Assembly: GCA_035496575.1 (NCBI GenBank)
Contig: DATJEN010000238.1
Location: 2,459 to 66,458 of the forward strand
Direction of reading: 5' to 3'
Origin: Pirellulales bacterium
GTDB lineage: Bacteria > Planctomycetota > Planctomycetia > Pirellulales > PALSA-1355
DNA: 64,000 bases
Below, one piece after another: positions 58,338 to 64,000 of the stretch (the first letter of the stretch is position 1; each line of letters starts with the position of its first letter). A model generated the notes under the pieces. The model saw only the letters and a list, made by a program, of their open reading frames with translations. It was not told the origin of the DNA and searched no databases. The position numbers and the translations under genes are program-made.

Positions 58338-59363
58338 GTGCAAGTTCTCGTCCTCTATAACGAGCCGGCGTTGGCCGCGGCTGACGCCGATGCGGCCGCC
58401 GAAGCCGGCGTGCTGGAATCGGTGGAAGCCGTCTCGGCGGCGCTTGCGCGGCGGAGACATCAACCGCGATCGCTCGGTTTGAGCGAGAGCCAAGAACGAC
58501 TGGCGAGTCTGCTGGCCGAGTTGCCGCGCTACGACGCCGTATTCAATCTGTTCGAAGGATTTGGCGGCGTGGGTCGCGGTGAAGCCGAAATCAGCGGCCT
58601 GGTCGAACGCTCGACCGGTGCCATGACCGGTTCACCCGCGGATTGCCTGGCGCTCGTACGGCACAAGGCGCGCACCAAGTGGATGCTTGCCGGCGCTGGC
58701 GTCCCTACGCCTGAGTTTGTGCTCGTCGAACCAACGCAGCCTATCGACCTTGCCGGGCTGGAAGCGCTGCTGAGTTCCGGCGCCGTGATCGTCAAACCGG
58801 CCCACGAGGACGCCAGCCAGGGAATTCACTCCGGCAGCGTGGTGACCGAGCGGGAAGCCTTGCTCGACCAGGTTGAAACCGTTCGTTCGCGGTACGGTGA
58901 GGTGCTCGTCGAGCGGTTTGTCATTGGCCGCGAATTCAACGTCGCCCTCCTCGAACTCGACCGCCCCCAGGTGCTGCCCGTCGCGGAGATCGAATTCAGA
59001 GGCGCGGGCCGCGCCGGCTGGCAAATCGTAACCTATGATGCAAAATGGGCGGTTGGCAGCTGCGCGGATCTGGAAACCCCGGTTCGCTGCCCGGCGCAAT
59101 TGGACGAACGGGCCGCGAGCACGATCCGCCAACTGGCACTCGCGACGTTTCGCATCACCGGCTGCCGCGACTACGCCCGGGTCGACATGCGGATGGACGC
59201 CAGCGGCCGGGTGTTCGTGCTGGAGGTGAATGGCAATCCCGATATCGGTCCATCGGCCGGCTATGCCCGCGCCCTTGCGGCCGCCGGTTGCGAGTATGAT
59301 GAGTTCATTGAACGCCTGACGTGCAGGGCCCAGCAACGTGGTCGATCCCGCCAATTCCAGTGA
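58338..59363 (+). CDS. ATP-grasp ligase, D-Ala-D-Ala-ligase-like (second copy)
   Basis: GTG at 58338 after GAGGG; the alternative ATG at 58281 overlaps the previous gene by 20 nt. VLVLYNEP, HKARTKWMLAGAGVPTPEF, VIVKPAHEDASQGI, VLVERFVIGREFNVALL, RVDMRMDASGRVFVLEVNGNPD. Confidence 0.8.
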   Translation: MQVLVLYNEPALAAADADAAAEAGVLESVEAVSAALARRRHQPRSLGLSESQERLASLLAELPRYDAVFNLFEGFGGVGRGEAEISGLVERSTGAMTGSPADCLALVRHKARTKWMLAGAGVPTPEFVLVEPTQPIDLAGLEALLSSGAVIVKPAHEDASQGIHSGSVVTEREALLDQVETVRSRYGEVLVERFVIGREFNVALLELDRPQVLPVAEIEFRGAGRAGWQIVTYDAKWAVGSCADLETPVRCPAQLDERAASTIRQLALATFRITGCRDYARVDMRMDASGRVFVLEVNGNPDIGPSAGYARALAAAGCEYDEFIERLTCRAQQRGRSRQFQ

Positions 59364-60288
59364 GCAGAATGAATCGGCCGATCCGCCCAGCGGACCCAAG
59401 CGCCGCGTGCACCCGTGGGTTCGCCGCTGGGTTTATGCGATCTTCTGGTTGCTGATCGCGTGGGCGCTGGCCGCCTACCTGCTCTTGCCGGCGCTGTGGC
59501 GTCACTACGAGCATCATCCCTCGCTTGAAAGCGCGCCCAAGACCACGGAAACGAAAAACGGCATACCGGGTGATCCGCTGAATGTGGGGCTGGTGGGCAC
59601 GAAAGAGGAAATCGTGAGGGCGTTTGCCGCCGCGCATTGGTATCCGGCCGACCCCGTCACGCTGGCCAGCTCACTCAAGATTGCCGAAGGGGTGGTGTTG
59701 GATCGCGCCTATCCGACCGCACCGGTGAGCCCGCTGATGCTATGGGGCCGCCACCAAGACCTGGCATTTGAAAAGCCGGCGGGCGTGAGCCCTCGTCACC
59801 GTCAGCACGTGCGGCTGTGGCAAAGCGAAGATCACGGCGACGATGGGCAACCGCTGTGGATTGGCGCAGCCACCTACGACGACAGCGTGGGCTTGAGCCA
59901 TTACACGGCGCAAATTACGCACCATATCGCCGCGGACGTGGATGCCGAGCGCGATGGCATGATGAGCGATCTTGCCGAGGCTGGGCAGCTCGTGCGGCGT
60001 TATCAGGTGACTGGTGTCGGACTGACCGTTAACGGGCACAATGGCGGCGGCGACCGCTACTACACCGATGGCGAGCTCGATATCGGCGTGATCGCAGTCG
60101 GTAACGTGCGACAGAGCGAACCCCCCGTCGAGCTTGCGAATCCGCCGGCGGTGGTCGTCAAAAATCGCATTTGGAACTGGTTCCGGCCGCTGCTCAAGAA
60201 AACCGATGACACGGCTGGCGATGCGGCGGATATCGCCACTAAAGAGTCCCCGGCCGACGCTCCACGCGGCGACGAGCAAAGCAAGTAG
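59338..60288 (+). CDS. LssY C-terminal domain-containing membrane protein
   Basis: GTG at 59338 overlaps the preceding stop (59361-59363). One TM segment (IFWLLIAWALAAYLLLPALW), then DPLNVGLVGTKEEIVRAF..WYPADP, YPTAPVSPLMLWGRHQDLAFEKP, RHRQHVRLWQS, PLWIGAATYD, ITHHIAADVDAERD, as remembered for LssY_C (PF14067). Confidence 0.7.
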   Translation: MVDPANSSEQNESADPPSGPKRRVHPWVRRWVYAIFWLLIAWALAAYLLLPALWRHYEHHPSLESAPKTTETKNGIPGDPLNVGLVGTKEEIVRAFAAAHWYPADPVTLASSLKIAEGVVLDRAYPTAPVSPLMLWGRHQDLAFEKPAGVSPRHRQHVRLWQSEDHGDDGQPLWIGAATYDDSVGLSHYTAQITHHIAADVDAERDGMMSDLAEAGQLVRRYQVTGVGLTVNGHNGGGDRYYTDGELDIGVIAVGNVRQSEPPVELANPPAVVVKNRIWNWFRPLLKKTDDTAGDAADIATKESPADAPRGDEQSK

Positions 60289-60292
60289 CGGC

Positions 60293-61636
60293 TCAACCAT
60301 CCACGCGACGATAGAGACCAAAGTTCTGGTCCGCCAGTGTCCGCAAGAACACGTCGAGTGGGCCACCCGGTATGCCGGCGCCGATCCCGATTGTGTAGAT
60401 GCTGACCCGGCGAGTCTTATTGGCCGCGGTAATGGCCGCCACGATATCGACCGGGGCGGCAATCTTGCCGCCGTGCGGTGCGCCATCCGACAGGAAGTAA
60501 ATCGCCTCGGTGTCGAAGCCGAGTGCCGCTTCGAGCGCGTCATAGGACGCGGTGTTCGAGTGCGGGCTTTGCGCTTCGACATAATGCATCGCGGCAGCCT
60601 TGGTCTTGTCGTTCGCCTTGACCAGGTCCTTGTGCCAGGTCGCGACCGTGCCATTGAACACCACCACGCCGAACTCAACGTGGTCGGGCAGGCCCTGGAT
60701 GGCCTTCGTTAGCTCGCGCTTGGCCGCTACGATTCGCGGCCCGGTCATGCTGCCCGATGTATCGAGCACGAACACCAACTTTTGTGCAAACAGCGGCAGG
60801 CCATAGTAGTAGCCGCTTTGGCTCTCGAGCGCCACGCTGCGATAGGGCGACTCGACCGATCGGGTCGGGTACTGGAACGTGTCCTTCGACTCTTGCCACC
60901 AGCGACCCCAGGCTTGGGCGTCCATCCCGAAGATTTGGCCCGTGGTTTGGGCGAGATGCTCGACGGCGTCGGCCTTGGCCTCGCCGCCAACCCGGTCCAT
61001 GAGTTCGATCAGCGCGCCAATCGCTTCGCGATCAGCGATGCGCGAGAGTGCGGCAACGGTTGCGCGCCGCAGACCAAAACTATCGGCAAAGGCGCGCGTG
61101 CTGGCGAGCTGCACGAGCGGCGCGACATCTGCCGCGGCGCGGTGAGCGCCCAACTCATCAGCCATGGAGACGAGCACGGGCAATCCATGTCGATTGGGTG
61201 CGACGACCTCATCGACAAAGCCGACCGCATCGCGGCGAACGGCCGGCCAGCTCGTTGAAAGCACCGCGGCCAACGAGAGCGCGGCCGCCGATTGGGAGTC
61301 CTCGCGGCCAATATCCTTCTTGAGCAACAGCAGCAGGGTCTCGCAGACCTCTTGCTTATCGCTCATTTTCACCAGCGACTCGTAAGCGGCCTTCCGCACG
61401 CTCAAATCCGCGTCGTACAGGCTGTTGTGGATCAGCCGTACCGAGTCGGCAATGGGAAAGGCTTGGAGCCGCGCAACGGCGGTGGCTCGATTGCCCGCAT
61501 CCTTGCTGCGAAGCTGGGGCTGCAGACTGCGCCGCGCCTTGGCAAACTCTTCTAAGTGGTCGCCCGCGCGGGCCGCCGCGCTAGCGAGCGCGGCAAGGCA
61601 CAACGCAAAGAGCGTGCATCTCGGAAAAAACAGCAC
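60293..61636 (-). CDS. Secreted HEAT-repeat + von Willebrand factor A domain protein
   Basis: Signal MLFFPRCTLFALCLAALASAAARA. HEAT-like DAGNRATAVARL / DLSVRKAAYESL. MIDAS VFVLDTSGSMTG, VVFNG, IYFLSDGAP, VSIYTIGIG. Confidence 0.8.
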   Translation of the reverse strand: MLFFPRCTLFALCLAALASAAARAGDHLEEFAKARRSLQPQLRSKDAGNRATAVARLQAFPIADSVRLIHNSLYDADLSVRKAAYESLVKMSDKQEVCETLLLLLKKDIGREDSQSAAALSLAAVLSTSWPAVRRDAVGFVDEVVAPNRHGLPVLVSMADELGAHRAAADVAPLVQLASTRAFADSFGLRRATVAALSRIADREAIGALIELMDRVGGEAKADAVEHLAQTTGQIFGMDAQAWGRWWQESKDTFQYPTRSVESPYRSVALESQSGYYYGLPLFAQKLVFVLDTSGSMTGPRIVAAKRELTKAIQGLPDHVEFGVVVFNGTVATWHKDLVKANDKTKAAAMHYVEAQSPHSNTASYDALEAALGFDTEAIYFLSDGAPHGGKIAAPVDIVAAITAANKTRRVSIYTIGIGAGIPGGPLDVFLRTLADQNFGLYRRVDG

Positions 61637-61706
61637 GGCCGTCTGACCCTGGTTCCAACCTGCGAAGTGCCCGCGCGTCTATTTTCTCGTGCGACCCGTT
61701 CGGCTG

Positions 61707-63671
61707 TCAATGAACGTGCGCGCGCATCTGCCGCCACAACTGTTCGAGCTGACCCCGGCCAGCCTCAGGCACTCGGCCCCGCGCATACGCGGCTTGCGCG
61801 TAGAGCTCGGCCAGCGAGCGGGCTTCGTTTTTGATGAATCCGTTGCCCCTCGAGACTTCGTTCACCAGCTCATGCGGCGTGCGGTCTCGCTGGCGCGGAC
61901 AGCCGCGCTCGGCCGACCAGGCTTCAAAAGCCTCGAAGCTATAGCGAACCAACTCTTCGGTCGAAACCTGCGCCGCCAGGCCGCTGACAAACGGGTCGGC
62001 ATAGCTCGAAAACCCAGGCGGCGGCAGCTCGGGCATTTCGCTCGCGGCAAATGCCCGCTTGGGCCGCTTGTTACCGAGCAGCGCGTCCCAAATGCCGCGC
62101 AAGGCCGCCAGGAACTCGCGGCAGGCGGCCGCAAGTTCCGCCCGATAGCGCCAGCATGCAATGGCGGTCACCGTTATCAGCCCGGCATAAAAAACCCAGC
62201 GAAAGATTTTGCTCAACCAATCAGAGAGCCCGCCGGCCACCTCCGGCAACTGAGGCTGCGCCGGCGAGCTCGGCGCGCTAGCCGTGTTCTTGGCGTCTTG
62301 TTCGTCGGGCGGATTCTCGTCGTCCCGTGTGCCCTCATCGCTCGATTCGCTGTCGCCTTCCGGCTTGGGGGATTGCTTAGCCAATCGCTCGGCTTCGTCT
62401 CGACGAGCTTTGTTGTCCTCATCCAGGCGAGCTTTCAACTCATTCATGTTGCGCGGCCGCTCGTTGCTGGCCGGCTGCGGGGCATTTTGCTTGGATGCGG
62501 AGGCCTGTTTCGTTTGCGAAGGGTTATCAGGTTCGACGGGCGCGTCAGGATTCGAGGACTGACCGCCGCCCTCGTTCGCCTTGGAGTTGGACTTGCTGCC
62601 CTGCCCGGCTGCTTTGCTGGCGGATTTTTCCGCTTGATCGCTGGTGGCACCGCTTGCCTGCTGGGATTCTTGATCGGATAGTTCCGCCGGCGCGGCAGCG
62701 GCATTTTCGTCGTCGCGCGTGCCTTCGTTGGAGCTGGGCGCGATGTGAGCCGCGCGCTGCTCGGGCGACCCGACGGAAAATGGCAGGCGCGCCAGCTCAT
62801 ATTCGGCGCTTGGCCGTGGCAGGATCGAAGCCGCGACCAGCAGCGCCAAGATCAGCGCCGTGCCCGTGGACAACCACAAGCTGGTCATGGCCGCCGGCAT
62901 TTCGATGCGCCGCTGCCGCAGATAACGTCTCAACCCCAGGAAGCTGGTCGTGAGCAAGAGCCCCATTCCGCTGGCCACGTAGGTTGCCAACAGCCAGAAG
63001 GCGGCGATCCTGCCGGCCGAGTTCGACTCGGGAATGAACCATTGCCCTAGCCCAAACAGCGGCAAGGCGGCCAGGGAGAAATACACGACCCACACGCCCG
63101 GCGCATGTGGCCGCCGCTGATTCTCAACGTATCGCTGCCAATATCCTTTGGGGACCTGGCGCGAAGTGGTGCCCTCGATGGGCCGCACCGCGGCGGTCGT
63201 GGCTTTCGGCTGCGCATCCGTCGCTTCGCTCGTGGTCTCTAGTCCCGCGGCCTGCAGCAATCCTTCGCCGGAGGCATCCTGCGCGTCGTCGATAACGGTG
63301 CAATCCCACGTCAATCGATGGGCGCACCACCACACGAGCGCGATCAACCCAATGTTGATGATCCAGCCGAAATGGTCGACCCAATCGCCGCGGTAATCGA
63401 GAAAACGCATGGTGGCCAATCCCACCACCAGGGCCAGCGCCGCCCCGAATGGCGCCGCGCGCTCAAACCCTTCCTCGATCGAAATGCGCGAAATCAACAC
63501 GGCCGCGAATACAAAACACGCCATCACCCAGTGCAGCCGCGCTTGATACTCCCCCTCATAAAACACACCGATCAAAAAGAACACCAGGCTGCCCACGAGC
63601 GCCATGATCAGCGCCGGACTGATCGCGATCACGACATAGTCGGCCAGAGTCTGATGAAGCCGTCGTGCCAT
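61707..63671 (-). CDS. Multi-pass membrane protein with long disordered acidic/Ser-rich linker and C-terminal DUF4129 domain
   Basis: About 8 hydrophobic segments. Low-complexity region encoded around 62280-62760. The C-terminus FEAWSAERGCPRQRDRTPHELV...ARSLAELYAQAAYARG is DUF4129-like. Sits between DUF58 and vWA genes. Confidence 0.7.
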   Translation of the reverse strand: MARRLHQTLADYVVIAISPALIMALVGSLVFFLIGVFYEGEYQARLHWVMACFVFAAVLISRISIEEGFERAAPFGAALALVVGLATMRFLDYRGDWVDHFGWIINIGLIALVWWCAHRLTWDCTVIDDAQDASGEGLLQAAGLETTSEATDAQPKATTAAVRPIEGTTSRQVPKGYWQRYVENQRRPHAPGVWVVYFSLAALPLFGLGQWFIPESNSAGRIAAFWLLATYVASGMGLLLTTSFLGLRRYLRQRRIEMPAAMTSLWLSTGTALILALLVAASILPRPSAEYELARLPFSVGSPEQRAAHIAPSSNEGTRDDENAAAAPAELSDQESQQASGATSDQAEKSASKAAGQGSKSNSKANEGGGQSSNPDAPVEPDNPSQTKQASASKQNAPQPASNERPRNMNELKARLDEDNKARRDEAERLAKQSPKPEGDSESSDEGTRDDENPPDEQDAKNTASAPSSPAQPQLPEVAGGLSDWLSKIFRWVFYAGLITVTAIACWRYRAELAAACREFLAALRGIWDALLGNKRPKRAFAASEMPELPPPGFSSYADPFVSGLAAQVSTEELVRYSFEAFEAWSAERGCPRQRDRTPHELVNEVSRGNGFIKNEARSLAELYAQAAYARGRVPEAGRGQLEQLWRQMRAHVH

Positions 63672-63679
63672 GTCATTAA

Positions 63680-64000
63680 CTACCGCAGGGCGTATTCCCC
63701 ACAGATCGTACTGACGCCTTGTTCATCGATGAGCTGGCGCGATTCGATGTGCTCGGCGGCAAGCATTCCAGCCGCTTCCGCGTAGTCGCGCTCTTCGAAT
63801 GTGTTCACGAGCGCAGTGACCGCAAATCCACGCCGGCGCAAGTTGCCAAGCGCGACGGCAGTTTCCGGCGTGACACTGGTCAGAATCGCAACCACGGTCG
63901 CGTTGCGCGTGATGCGGCTGGCCGTCTCGAGCACCAACTGGCTGAACGTAAGTCCATCGGTCAACTCCACGCGAGCGAGCGTTTCCAGGAAGCGCGTAAA
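63680..64000 (-). CDS. DUF58-like protein, C-terminal part only (open at the right edge)
   Basis: The frame stays open to position 64000. ...NATVVAILTSVTPETAVALGNLRRRGFAVTALV... resembles the vWA-like C-terminus of DUF58 proteins. It is followed 9 nt later by the DUF4129 gene, as in MoxR-DUF58 operons. Confidence 0.5.
   Translation of the reverse strand, partial: FTRFLETLARVELTDGLTFSQLVLETASRITRNATVVAILTSVTPETAVALGNLRRRGFAVTALVNTFEERDYAEAAGMLAAEHIESRQLIDEQGVSTICGEYALR

Overview
GC-rich bacterial chromosome segment (about 65-73 % GC in the 60-nt lines I hand-counted) with a gene set typical of Planctomycetota/PVC bacteria. This lineage call is an inference from gene content: DUF1573, two PEP-CTERM proteins, a dehydrogenase-HEAT-CxxCH protein, several other CxxCH proteins and a TadG-like protein. 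I support about 50 protein genes, one tRNA-Leu(UAG), four intrinsic-terminator-like hairpins and three sigma70-like promoter candidates. I saw no rRNA, CRISPR array, transposase or integrase. Left to right the window holds: a truncated Cys/Met PLP enzyme gene with an attenuator-like leader; a DUF1573 protein; a small low-GC patch with an orphan RHH protein and an anchored trypsin-like protease; a CzcB/CzcA-type RND pair followed by a 1150-aa orphan membrane protein; assorted hydrolases and dehydrogenases; tRNA-Leu next to a low-GC TadG-like gene; bestrophin, HD-GYP, amidase and PQQ-dehydrogenase genes; an AI-2E permease with a long C-terminal module; a hybrid histidine kinase plus response regulator; yidC-mnmE; a thioredoxin/CxxCH/copper-monooxygenase-like fusion; ceramidase-like, D-TA-type PLP enzyme and MFS genes; a tight KamA + ATP-grasp + ATP-grasp + LssY_C operon; and a DUF58/DUF4129/vWA-HEAT module. 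The best candidate for an undescribed system is the KamA-type aminomutase operon with two Ddl-like ATP-grasp ligases (55.7-60.3 kb). Other points worth a second look are a PDZ-like insertion in YidC, the redoxin/heme/copper-monooxygenase-like fusion, a B12-binding-like tail on the AI-2E permease, and a possible SAM-responsive leader at the left edge. All functional calls come from motif recognition by eye; no database search or folding program was run.
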